From Candidatus Nomurabacteria bacterium (GTDB lineage Bacteria; Patescibacteriota; Minisyncoccia; Phycocordibacterales; UBA9973), in NCBI GenBank assembly GCA_026395955.1, contig JAPLXR010000005.1, positions 1 through 49,718 on the forward strand: a stretch of DNA of 49,718 nucleotides, in the 5' to 3' direction. How positions within the stretch are numbered: position 1 is the stretch's first letter; each line of letters begins with the position of its first letter. Of the stretch, positions 40,011 through 48,246 are shown piece after piece. The notes beneath the pieces were generated by a model. That model saw only the letters and a list, made by a program, of their open reading frames with translations, was not told the origin of the DNA and did not search any database. Position numbers and translations under genes: made by a program.

Positions 40011-40484
40011 ATGTCAGAAAAAGTAATAATTTATACAGATGGGGCGGCGAGGGGGAATCCGGGTCCTGCGGGATGGGGAGCTATAGTTATTGATGGTAAA
40101 AAAGTACACGAGCTCGGTGGAAGGTCAGACAAGGCTACGAATAATCAAATGGAACTTTCAGCACCTATTGGCGGACTAAAATATTTAAAGAAACATAAAA
40201 TGTCAAAGGGCACCTTTGACATTGAAATATTTTCAGATTCAAAATATGTGATTTTGGGAATTACTGAATGGATTTTTAATTGGCAGAAGAATAATTGGCG
40301 AAATGCTGCGAAGAAGCCAGTGGTGAATCAAGAACTTTGGGAAGAGCTTTTTGAACTCACAAAACTTTTCAAAATAAAATGGACTTATGTGAAAGGTCAC
40401 GCAGGTGTTGAATGGAACGAACGCGCAGATGTGATAGCGACAAGTTTTGCCGATGATGAACCTATTAAATTAATTAGTCACTAG
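40011..40484 (+). CDS. rnhA: ribonuclease HI
   Basis: IYTDGAARGNPGPAGWG, TNNQMEL, SDSKYV, WTYVKGHAG..WNERAD. Confidence 0.95.
   Translation: MSEKVIIYTDGAARGNPGPAGWGAIVIDGKKVHELGGRSDKATNNQMELSAPIGGLKYLKKHKMSKGTFDIEIFSDSKYVILGITEWIFNWQKNNWRNAAKKPVVNQELWEELFELTKLFKIKWTYVKGHAGVEWNERADVIATSFADDEPIKLISH
40199..40223. repeat. 25-bp palindrome in-frame in rnhA
   Basis: AATGTCAAAGG-gca-CCTTTGACATT, encoding MSKGTFDI. Confidence 0.65.
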
Positions 40485-40487
40485 ATT

Positions 40488-41858
40488 ATGCGAAACAAAT
40501 TTACTTCATATTTATTAATCATATTAGTAATTGTGACAGTAATAAGATTTTATATTATTTTTATTAAAAAAAATCCTGACATAAAGTTGGGATTTTTTTC
40601 TGGCACGAGTGTGATACAAGACGAGTCGGATATAAGAGAGACGAATCAGAAACTAACGGTGGAAATTTTTACTCCTCAAAGTCGGACCTTTGGCTCCCTT
40701 AAGGACCGACCTTTTCCCGTAAAAATTTTAATCACGACCGATTTATTTACTGACTATAAATACGGAGATGAAATTAAATTCTCCGGGATGCTCGAAAAGC
40801 CAGACAATTTTGAAACAGATCAGGGGAAGATTTTTGATTATATAAATTATCTGAAAAAAGATGGGATATATTTCTTGATGAAAAATCCTAAAATAGAAAT
40901 ACTTTCTAGGGGTAATGGAAACTTTTTAAAAAGTATTTTATTTTCTGCGAAAGAAAAGTTTTTAGAAAAGATGAATAGGGCAATACCCGAGCCTGAGTCA
41001 CTCCTAATGGGTGGGCTGATACTCGGAGAGAAGTCTTCTTTCTCTCAAGCTCTTCGCCAAAGCTTCGTGAATACAGGCACGATACATATCGTCGCGCTTT
41101 CTGGATACAATGTCACCATTGTTGCTGAGTGGATTATGAAAATATTTGGTGCTATTTATTTTGTGCCGAAAAATTTTGGAATTGGTATGGGAATATTTTC
41201 TATTGTTCTTTTTGTTTTGATGACGGGAGGAAGTAGTACTGCTATCCGAGCGGGGATTATGGCTGTGCTTGCACTTTATGCGCGCGCGACCGGCAGGAAT
41301 TATGATGCCGGTCGCGCGCTTCTATTCGCTGGAATCATTATGATTTTAATAAATCCATTACTTCTCGTTTATGATGTCTCATTTCAGCTTTCATTCCTCG
41401 CCACTATCGCTGTGATATTTTTATCACCGAAACTCGAAGAATATTTTTACTGGATTAAATGGGCTTGGCTTCGCGATATCGTATGTGTGACTTTTTCTGC
41501 TTATGTTTTCGTCACACCATTTATTCTCTATCAAATGGGTAATCTGTCCGTCATCGCATTACCGGCAAATATTTTAATTTTGCCTTTTATTCCACTTACT
41601 ATGATCCTCGGTTTTATTACAGGGTTCCTTGGTCTCATTTTCTTTTCGCTAGCTATACCATTTGGTTATATTTCATATGCATTTTTGCATTATGAACTCG
41701 GGGCAATAGCCTTCTTCTCAAATCTACCTTTTGCATCTTTCACCATACCAAATTTCCCACTAATTTTAGTAATTTTAATTTATCTATTTTTCTTTTATAA
41801 ACTTTTTTGGAAAAGCATTAAGAAATGGTTGAAAACTAATTTTTTTTCGGCTGCGTAA
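40488..41858 (+). CDS. comEC: ComEC competence channel (OB/DUF4131 plus Competence domain, no MBL domain)
   Basis: FDYINYL, GTIHIVALSGYNV, AIRAGIM, DVSFQLSFLAT; many TM helices. Confidence 0.92.
   Translation: MRNKFTSYLLIILVIVTVIRFYIIFIKKNPDIKLGFFSGTSVIQDESDIRETNQKLTVEIFTPQSRTFGSLKDRPFPVKILITTDLFTDYKYGDEIKFSGMLEKPDNFETDQGKIFDYINYLKKDGIYFLMKNPKIEILSRGNGNFLKSILFSAKEKFLEKMNRAIPEPESLLMGGLILGEKSSFSQALRQSFVNTGTIHIVALSGYNVTIVAEWIMKIFGAIYFVPKNFGIGMGIFSIVLFVLMTGGSSTAIRAGIMAVLALYARATGRNYDAGRALLFAGIIMILINPLLLVYDVSFQLSFLATIAVIFLSPKLEEYFYWIKWAWLRDIVCVTFSAYVFVTPFILYQMGNLSVIALPANILILPFIPLTMILGFITGFLGLIFFSLAIPFGYISYAFLHYELGAIAFFSNLPFASFTIPNFPLILVILIYLFFFYKLFWKSIKKWLKTNFFSAA
40678..40715. repeat. 38-bp palindromic element in-frame in comEC
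   Basis: Reverse complement AAAAGGTCGGTCCTTAAGGGAGCCAAAGGTCCGACTTT is 28/38 identical to 38591-38628, with compensatory stem changes. Confidence 0.75.
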
Positions 41859-41910
41859 CTCGCTCCGCTCAAACAGTCCTCGCTGTCAAAAAAATTGTTT
41901 CCACCCATTT
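41823..41910. repeat. ~88-bp structured palindromic element, copy 2 (comEC stop / sod 3' end)
   Basis: AAATGG...CCATTT terminal stem; core CTGCGTAACTCGCTCCGCTCAAACAGTCCTCG. Confidence 0.8.
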
Positions 41911-42519
41911 TTATTTTTTAGCGTTCAAAAAATTTTTTTCAATTACTTCCCAATTTAGATTTTCAAAAAAAGCTTCTACGTATTTTTTCTTTTCAGAAGT
42001 AGGGTAGTCATATACATATGCATGTTCCCACATATCGATAGCGAGTATCATGTCGCAACCATTGAGCTGACCGAGGTGTTGTTCGTCTACCCAGCTGGCT
42101 AGAAGTTTATCTTCTTTTTTGTCATACCAAAGCACAGCCCAGCCGATACCACGAGTCATAGCAATATTTTTGAATCCCATCATAAATATTTCAAGTGACA
42201 TACAATCGAGATTTATTTTTTTAGCTAGTTCACTTTCAGGATTGAGAGCTTTTGCTCCACCAGAAAGGGAATTGAAATACACTTCATGATTTCGCATACC
42301 ATTGTATTCGAAAGAAAAACGGCGGAAGAGTTCGGCAATGAGATAAGAATTATCTTCACCATTTTTAAACATCCCTTCAGACAAACTACTCATTTTTTCT
42401 ATATTACTATTTACGTTTTTTACATAGCCACTGTAAAGTTTTAAATGTTCTTCGATATTTTTCGCACCGATACCTTTTAATTCACCGATATTAAATTTTT
42501 GTTCTTCAAATTTTGTCAT
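41911..42519 (-). CDS. sod: Fe/Mn superoxide dismutase
   Basis: EEHLKLY, NHEVYF, GIGWA and IDMWEHAY metal-ligand motifs. Confidence 0.9.
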   Translation of the reverse strand: MTKFEEQKFNIGELKGIGAKNIEEHLKLYSGYVKNVNSNIEKMSSLSEGMFKNGEDNSYLIAELFRRFSFEYNGMRNHEVYFNSLSGGAKALNPESELAKKINLDCMSLEIFMMGFKNIAMTRGIGWAVLWYDKKEDKLLASWVDEQHLGQLNGCDMILAIDMWEHAYVYDYPTSEKKKYVEAFFENLNWEVIEKNFLNAKK

Positions 42520-42532
42520 AATGTTTCATTTC

Positions 42533-42619
42533 GCGAGATAATAATTTTCTCAGGTCCTCGGATCTCGCCTCCGGTCTTAGGACCATCGGCGCCAGACCAT
42601 TTGAAAATTATTATCTCGC
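42533..42619. repeat. 87-bp element with 17-bp perfect terminal inverted repeats
   Basis: GCGAGATAATAATTTTC ... GAAAATTATTATCTCGC around a GC-rich core with an internal GGTC-ttag-GACC hairpin. Confidence 0.75.
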
Positions 42620-42648
42620 TTCATTTATTAATATGGTAAAATTATAGC

Positions 42649-43497
42649 ATGTTTCGGAAGTATTTTTTAATTATTTTCGTTGCCTTTCTGCTGATATTTA
42701 ATATTTTTCTAATTTATACAGAATATCAAAATAGCCATAGAATGCTGACTTTTGCAGCCTTAGACATAGGTCAAGGGGATGGACTATTTATCGAGTCGCC
42801 GAGCGGTGTACAAATGCTCGTGGACGGTGGGCCGATACATAAGATAATGGCTCCACTAGCAAAAGTAATGCCACTTTACGATAAACATATCGATGCAATT
42901 ATGATTACGAATCCTGATGCGGACCATATCGGTGGCTTTATCGATATTTTGAAAAATTATGATGTGGGCTATATTATCGAGCCGGGGACTTTTAATCCTT
43001 CGAAAACTTATGCGACAGTTGAGCAACTCGTGGCTGAAAAGCATGTGAAGAAAATAATCGCTCGAAGAGGAATGAAATTAAATCTAGGCTCTGGTGCGTA
43101 TGTAAATATTTTATTTCCAGATCGAGATGTTTCTACCTGGACGACGAATGACGGCTCGATAATTGCGCGACTTAGTTATGGAAATAATTCTGTAATGCTG
43201 ACGGGGGATGCGACTCAGTCTACTGAAGGGATTGTGTTAAAAGACAATCCAGCCCGACTTTTAAAATCTGATATTTTAAAAGTCGGGCATCACGGCTCTC
43301 GCACCTCAACTTCTTCCTCATTTGTAAAAGCCGTCGATCCTACATATGCCGTCATATCTGTCGGTAAAGATAATAAATATGGACATCCACATAAAGAAAC
43401 CCTTGATACTTTAAATTCTTTTAATATCAAAACCCTTCGCACCGACTTGCTAGGTACAATAATTTTTAAAGGGGATGGTATTGACTTTAAACTATAA
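42649..43497 (+). CDS. ComEC-type metallo-beta-lactamase-fold protein (stand-alone C-terminal domain)
   Basis: LDIGQGD, TNPDADHIGG, LTGD, LKVGHHGSRTS, NKYGHPH. Confidence 0.9.
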   Translation: MFRKYFLIIFVAFLLIFNIFLIYTEYQNSHRMLTFAALDIGQGDGLFIESPSGVQMLVDGGPIHKIMAPLAKVMPLYDKHIDAIMITNPDADHIGGFIDILKNYDVGYIIEPGTFNPSKTYATVEQLVAEKHVKKIIARRGMKLNLGSGAYVNILFPDRDVSTWTTNDGSIIARLSYGNNSVMLTGDATQSTEGIVLKDNPARLLKSDILKVGHHGSRTSTSSSFVKAVDPTYAVISVGKDNKYGHPHKETLDTLNSFNIKTLRTDLLGTIIFKGDGIDFKL

Positions 43498-43558
43498 TAA
43501 ATGTATTATCCAGTTTAGATAAATTCAATAATAAACACGGGCGAATGCTCTTTAAAAA
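43481..43558 (+). promoter_or_regulatory. sigma-70 promoter plus near-consensus boxA
   Basis: TTGACT (43481), 17 bp, TATTAT, then AGTTTAGATAA, then TGCTCTTTAAAAA (43546-43558; boxA consensus TGCTCTTTAACA). Confidence 0.65.
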
Positions 43559-43567
43559 CCAAAAAAT

Positions 43568-44413
43568 ATGAAAAAATTATTTATGATGCTTTTAGCATTT
43601 TCATTTTCTTTTAATGTTTCAGTTGCTGCACAAATAAAATCTCTGTATGAGATGCTTGGTAAAGATTTACCTGCTTATGGAACACCAGCCCGTACTGCTA
43701 TGGCGGTAGAGGCTGGAATAACTTCTGGTTATATAGGAAGTTATGATCAAAACCAAAAGATTGCAGAATTTTTGCAGTCTAAAAAGGTTACAGTAAAAAA
43801 TACTGAAATTGAAATGGTAAAAAATTACTGTTTAAAACTTGAAAAAAGTGTAGTTGTTCCTAACGTAAAAGGAGAACAAAATATTAAAAAGTTACTTTCT
43901 ACTAATGTAAAAGAATCTATAGCTAATGCAGAAATAAATTCTATAGATGTTCGTATTAATGTTGATGATTATCAATCTATGCAATGTGACAGTCTTTTAA
44001 TGTTAAGTATTTCTTCTGTTGTTGCAAAAAGAACTTCAGATGAAGAAATACTTAAGGCTGCTGGAAATAAATTTTTTACTGATATTAGTGTAAGGCAAAC
44101 TTTAATATATTTATTAGGTAAACAGCCACATGGTGAAAAGGGGATATTGGCTACGAATAGCAATAGCAATATTTTTTATGTAAAAAAAGTAGATGGAAGT
44201 ATTTATTATATTTCCCTTGGATGGTCTACTGATTATGGTGGATGGTATTTGAATTATCATGATTGGATAACTCCTACTGGCAGTGAATGGGAATATAGAG
44301 GGGACAAGGTTTTTTCTTTTGTCTATAATCCTAAAAATCCGTTAACCTCATTTGAGGATTCGGAAATGCCGAGCAAGAAAAAATTCATAAATTCAATTTT
44401 AGCGAATAAATAA
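43568..44413 (+). CDS. secreted protein with a DUF3597-like N-terminal module and an aromatic-rich C-terminal domain
   Basis: Signal peptide; RTAMAVEAGITSGYIGSYDQNQKIAEFL; QPHGEKGILATNSNSNIFYV...W...GGW...EW...KVFS. Confidence 0.6.
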   Translation: MKKLFMMLLAFSFSFNVSVAAQIKSLYEMLGKDLPAYGTPARTAMAVEAGITSGYIGSYDQNQKIAEFLQSKKVTVKNTEIEMVKNYCLKLEKSVVVPNVKGEQNIKKLLSTNVKESIANAEINSIDVRINVDDYQSMQCDSLLMLSISSVVAKRTSDEEILKAAGNKFFTDISVRQTLIYLLGKQPHGEKGILATNSNSNIFYVKKVDGSIYYISLGWSTDYGGWYLNYHDWITPTGSEWEYRGDKVFSFVYNPKNPLTSFEDSEMPSKKKFINSILANK

Positions 44414-44434
44414 GTTTATTATAGATATAAACAA

Positions 44435-44464
44435 CAAAGCCCATCTCAATGAGATGGGCTTTTG
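44435..44464. terminator. bidirectional terminator
   Basis: AAAGCCCATCTCA-a-TGAGATGGGCTTT. Confidence 0.75.
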
Positions 44465-44469
44465 AAGTT

Positions 44470-44715
44470 TTATTTAATGATTCCAGCTTTCTTTAATGTT
44501 GCGTATGCTCCATTCTTTGTTAGTGTTCTCATTCCTTGAGTAGAGATTTCTAGATTGAAAGTCTTACCGAGTTCAGGAACAAAAACCTTCTTCTTTTGAA
44601 GATTTGGGTATTTGCGAACCATACCAGTAGGATTGAACTTTGTCGCACGAGTGCGGTTAGAGTATCCTCCTGCCATAATTGAACCTTTTTTAGTTATTGG
44701 ACAGATTTTTGCCAT
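44470..44715 (-). CDS. rpmB: 50S ribosomal protein L28
   Basis: MAKICPITKK...RKYPNLQKKKVF...ISTQGMRTL. Confidence 0.92.
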   Translation of the reverse strand: MAKICPITKKGSIMAGGYSNRTRATKFNPTGMVRKYPNLQKKKVFVPELGKTFNLEISTQGMRTLTKNGAYATLKKAGIIK

Positions 44716-44775
44716 ATATTTATTGTTTCTATATTTCTATAAAAGTATTTTTATGTTATCATAACAATGTATTAA

Positions 44776-45420
44776 ATGCAACTTATGGACACAACAAACA
44801 CAATTTTTTATATAGTGATCCTAATAATGTCAGTGATTATTCACGAAGTTTCTCATGGTTTTATGGCAGAGAAATTCGGAGATAAAACTGCCCGATTTGC
44901 AGGCAGACTCACACTCAATCCTATTCCTCATCTCGACTTATTTGGTTCTATAATTTTACCAGTGCTTCTGATCATTACTCATGCAGGATTTCTATTTGGT
45001 TGGGCAAAGCCTGTACCATATAATCCAAATAATCTGACTAATCGCAAGTGGGGGACGCTCGCAGTAGCGAGTGCCGGGATAATTGCGAATTTATTTATAG
45101 CAATTATTTTTGGAGCCTTTATTCGTCTCGGAGTTTATCTTGATTATACTAATCCATCTTTCTATTTTATATGTGGGCTTATTTCTTTTGTGAATTTGCT
45201 TCTAGCCTTTTTCAACCTTATGCCTTTTCCGCCTCTTGATGGTTCAAAAATACTTTTTTCATTTTTACCAGCACGCTTCGCTCGTTTTGAAGATATATTA
45301 GAAAGATATTCAATTATTATTTTCTTACTATTTATCTTTTTTATCTGGGACCATATTTTCCCTGGTATCTTTTATATTTACCATTTATTGGTAGGTTCTG
45401 CTCCAGTATTTTTTGGTTAA
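44776..45420 (+). CDS. site-2 protease (M50 family)
   Basis: IIHEVSHG, GRLTLNP, FGWAKPVP, FNLMPFPPLDGSKI. Confidence 0.92.
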   Translation: MQLMDTTNTIFYIVILIMSVIIHEVSHGFMAEKFGDKTARFAGRLTLNPIPHLDLFGSIILPVLLIITHAGFLFGWAKPVPYNPNNLTNRKWGTLAVASAGIIANLFIAIIFGAFIRLGVYLDYTNPSFYFICGLISFVNLLLAFFNLMPFPPLDGSKILFSFLPARFARFEDILERYSIIIFLLFIFFIWDHIFPGIFYIYHLLVGSAPVFFG

Positions 45421-45519
45421 ATATGTTTGCTGATACTCAGCACTTGCATTTTATCTATTAATATATTATATTGTCTGAAGTAGCCGATAGGGCTATTTTA
45501 TTTACTAAATACACATTAA

Positions 45520-45942
45520 ATGCCAACAGTTAACCAATTAATTAAAAAGAACAGAAAAACAACCCGCACAAAGTCAAAGGCGGTTGCTTTAGCTCGTGGA
45601 TTTAACATCTTGAAAAACAAGCCAGTTTTCTACCCAGCTCCTTTCAAAAGAGGTGTTTGTACAAAAGTTACTACAACAACTCCAAAGAAACCTAACTCAG
45701 CTCTCCGTAAGATTGCCCGCGTACGTTTAACAAATGGAATGGAAGTAACAGCTTATATCCCAGGAGAAGGACACAATTTACAAGAACACTCAGTTGTCAT
45801 GCTCCGTGGAGGACGTGTGAAGGACTTGATCGGAGTACGTTACCACATAGTTCGTGGTGTTCTCGATACACAAGGTGTTGAAAAGAGAAGACAAGGACGT
45901 TCATTATACGGAAACAAGAAACCAAAAGCAGCTAAAAAATAA
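45520..45942 (+). CDS. rpsL: 30S ribosomal protein S12
   Basis: [40 protein letters not shown]. Confidence 0.98.
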   Translation: MPTVNQLIKKNRKTTRTKSKAVALARGFNILKNKPVFYPAPFKRGVCTKVTTTTPKKPNSALRKIARVRLTNGMEVTAYIPGEGHNLQEHSVVMLRGGRVKDLIGVRYHIVRGVLDTQGVEKRRQGRSLYGNKKPKAAKK

Positions 45943-45952
45943 TTAAACATAT

Positions 45953-46423
45953 ATGCGAAGAAAAGTAACAAATAGAAATATAGTAGAACCAGATTTTCTT
46001 TACAACTCTACAAAGTTGGAAAAGTTTATCAACTACATCATGTGGGATGGTAAAAAAGAAACAGCACGTAAAGTGATGTATGCTGCTTTTGATATAGTCA
46101 AAGAAAAAACTGGTAATCCAAATCCTCTAGAAGTTTTTGATCTTGCTATGAAAAATGCAGGACCACTTACAGAAGTTCGCTCAAAGCGTATCGGAGGTGC
46201 AAACTATCAAGTTCCTCGTGAAGTTTCTCCTGCACGTCGCCTAGCTCTCGCTATGAGATGGATTCGTGATGCTGCTCGTAATAAGAAAGGCCAACCAATG
46301 GCTACAAAGCTCGCAGATGAAATAATCGCAGCTTCAAAAAACGAAGGTTCAGCTATCAAGAAAAGAGAAGATACTCACAAGATGGCAGAATCAAACAAAG
46401 CTTTTGCTCACTTCGCTTGGTAA
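45953..46423 (+). CDS. rpsG: 30S ribosomal protein S7
   Basis: MWDGKK, EVRSKRIGGANYQVP, HKMAESNKAFAHF. Confidence 0.98.
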   Translation: MRRKVTNRNIVEPDFLYNSTKLEKFINYIMWDGKKETARKVMYAAFDIVKEKTGNPNPLEVFDLAMKNAGPLTEVRSKRIGGANYQVPREVSPARRLALAMRWIRDAARNKKGQPMATKLADEIIAASKNEGSAIKKREDTHKMAESNKAFAHFAW

Positions 46424-46433
46424 TACAAATTCT

Positions 46434-46456
46434 AAAGTCCCCGAAAGGGGATTTTT
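46434..46456 (+). terminator. terminator after rpsG
   Basis: GTCCCC-gaaa-GGGGAT followed by a T tract. Confidence 0.75.
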
Positions 46457-46472
46457 GTTATATATAATATAT

Positions 46473-46634
46473 TTGACTTTTATTTTACTATATGTTAATC
46501 TTATTTTGAAACACTTAGTGTATAAAATATTTTTAAAAAAGAAAGAATAACTAGAAATCACGCCATGGTTTTTAGAACCCCTGAAGTACAAGACTTCGCT
46601 ACTTTATCGTCTTGTATGGAGGGGGATTTTTTTT
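46473..46634 (+). ncRNA. candidate small RNA / ORF-less cassette
   Basis: TTGACT (46473), 17 bp, TAATCT promoter; ends in hairpin CCCCT..TACAAGAC...GTCTTGTA..AGGGG plus T8; no credible ORF. Confidence 0.35.
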
Positions 46635-46688
46635 GACAATTTAATATATATTTTGTAACTTTAAGTAAATAAACAAATTGTTCTAAAA

Positions 46689-47180
46689 ATGAAAAAATTA
46701 GTTATTATACAGTCTAGTAATCTCGATAAAAAAAGATCTGCTAGATTAGAAAGAGAGCCAGAAGTTTATAGTATAAAAAATATTCAGAATTTAAAAAAAG
46801 AATTAAAAAGACCTTATTTTGAATTGAATAATATAAATCTATACTATGGAGATTTTTTAGGAAATAGAATTGTAGCAAATGTTATTTCCCATGATTGGAA
46901 TATTAAAAAGATTCCAGATATTAGATTAAAATACTTTAATGAATATGTTGATTTTAAAGTAGAGAAGGTAATCAATTTCATTGAAGAAATTAAGAATAAT
47001 TCAGATACTGTCATGTTGGTACTAGATTCTAGTCATGCAACAGAAACAGTTGAAGCTTGTTCTATTAAATTTTTGAATAAAAAATTTAATAGAAAACAAT
47101 TTCAATTAAAAAATGAACAAGCTATAATCTTTGATTTAGAAAAAAATACGTTCAAACATATTGTTCCAAATAATCAATAA
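46689..47180 (+). CDS. degenerate histidine-phosphatase (SixA-like) fold protein
   Basis: MKKLVIIQSS where RHG is expected; DTVMLV; LKNEQAIIFDLE C-terminus. Promoter TTGACA (46633), 17 bp, TAACTT; terminator at 47238-47275. Confidence 0.5.
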   Translation: MKKLVIIQSSNLDKKRSARLEREPEVYSIKNIQNLKKELKRPYFELNNINLYYGDFLGNRIVANVISHDWNIKKIPDIRLKYFNEYVDFKVEKVINFIEEIKNNSDTVMLVLDSSHATETVEACSIKFLNKKFNRKQFQLKNEQAIIFDLEKNTFKHIVPNNQ

Positions 47181-47342
47181 TACTTTTATTGGCTTAGTTG
47201 GGTGTCATGGCCCGTTGTTTAGTTTGTGATTAAGCCGAAATCCCTCATCAGAGTATTCTGTTTGAGGGATTTTTTATTTGACTTATATAGCTATATTTTG
47301 TATTGTTTAGGTAAATATAAACAGTTCTAAAAAATAAATAGA

Positions 47343-47702
47343 ATGAAAAAATACTCAACAACACCGCTAATTATCTTAAAACTTGAGAAAGATAATAAAG
47401 ATAATCCAACTGGTATGCAATTACGTATATGGTCATTAGATAATGGCACTACTATAGTAGTCCGTTTATTAGAACACGATGAAAGTGCAACTCAAGCCTT
47501 GTGGAATAAAAAAACCAATGGAGAAGTTAACGATTTTATCCTTGGTTTTCTTAAAAAACAAAAGATTATTAAGAAAATCTCAAACTGGCACTATGATAAT
47601 GATATTTATGAAATAGTTCAAGAGCAAGATGAGTTTGAAGAAGCAGATGAATGTGTATATTTCTGCTGGAAAGTAAAATCAGAATTGATTAGTAAGTTTT
47701 AA
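47343..47702 (+). CDS. hypothetical protein (accessory cassette A)
   Basis: 119-aa ORF with promoter at 47278-47306 and terminator at 47710-47737. Confidence 0.6.
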   Translation: MKKYSTTPLIILKLEKDNKDNPTGMQLRIWSLDNGTTIVVRLLEHDESATQALWNKKTNGEVNDFILGFLKKQKIIKKISNWHYDNDIYEIVQEQDEFEEADECVYFCWKVKSELISKF

Positions 47703-47786
47703 ATTATAAAAGCCTCATAGAAATAAGAGGCTTTTTTATTTGCAAAATTGAGGTACTTTTATTTATTGTTTAACATAATTATCCAC

Positions 47787-47806
47787 ATCTACGCTATAGC
47801 GTAGAT
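47787..47806. repeat. 20-bp perfect palindrome upstream of the Cas2-like gene
   Basis: ATCTACGCTATAGCGTAGAT, abutting TTATCCACA at 47779-47787. Confidence 0.9.
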
Positions 47807-47829
47807 TATAAATATAATATAATTAATAT

Positions 47830-48204
47830 ATGGTTCTAAATAATAAAAAGAAATACAAAGGGGTTTCTGTAAACATCTTTGGATTACCAAATTTAGATAA
47901 TTCTAAAAAAGAAAATACTGAAAGTAAAAAAATTCCAAAAAGAATTTATCTCGATTCTTTTACTGCTGATTTTAAAGAGAATGCACCAAAGAATTTAATT
48001 CTTATGTATGATATTCCAGATAATATGAAAAAGCATCGGGATTGGTTTCGTCGTCAATTAAAAAGTTTTGGTTTTATAATGGTTCAAAAGAGTGTATGGG
48101 TCGGCCCATCACCATTACCAAAAGACTTTTTAGAATATTTGAAAGAAATTAAAATAGGGGACAAGTTTAAAACTTTTAAATTAGCTAAAGCTTATAAATT
48201 CTAA
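47830..48204 (+). CDS. PaaX/Cas2-like domain protein lacking the wHTH
   Basis: Paralog of 39023-39505: YKGVSVNIFGLP, PKNLILMYDIPD, RDWFRRQLKSFGFIMVQKSVWVGPSPLPKDFLEYLK, KTFKLAKAY. Confidence 0.8.
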   Translation: MVLNNKKKYKGVSVNIFGLPNLDNSKKENTESKKIPKRIYLDSFTADFKENAPKNLILMYDIPDNMKKHRDWFRRQLKSFGFIMVQKSVWVGPSPLPKDFLEYLKEIKIGDKFKTFKLAKAYKF

Positions 48205-48226
48205 TTAATTATTACTAATATCTTCA

Positions 48227-48246
48227 ATCTACGCTATAGCGTAGAT
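48227..48246. repeat. 20-bp perfect palindrome downstream of the Cas2-like gene
   Basis: ATCTACGCTATAGCGTAGAT, identical to 47787-47806. Confidence 0.9.

Noticed and set aside
43568-44413. Diversity-generating retroelement
   Set aside because: No reverse transcriptase or template repeat is visible in the window.
38989-48246. CRISPR-Cas locus suggested by the Cas2-like genes
   Set aside because: No repeat-spacer array, cas1 or effector genes; the repeats occur only in pairs around single genes.
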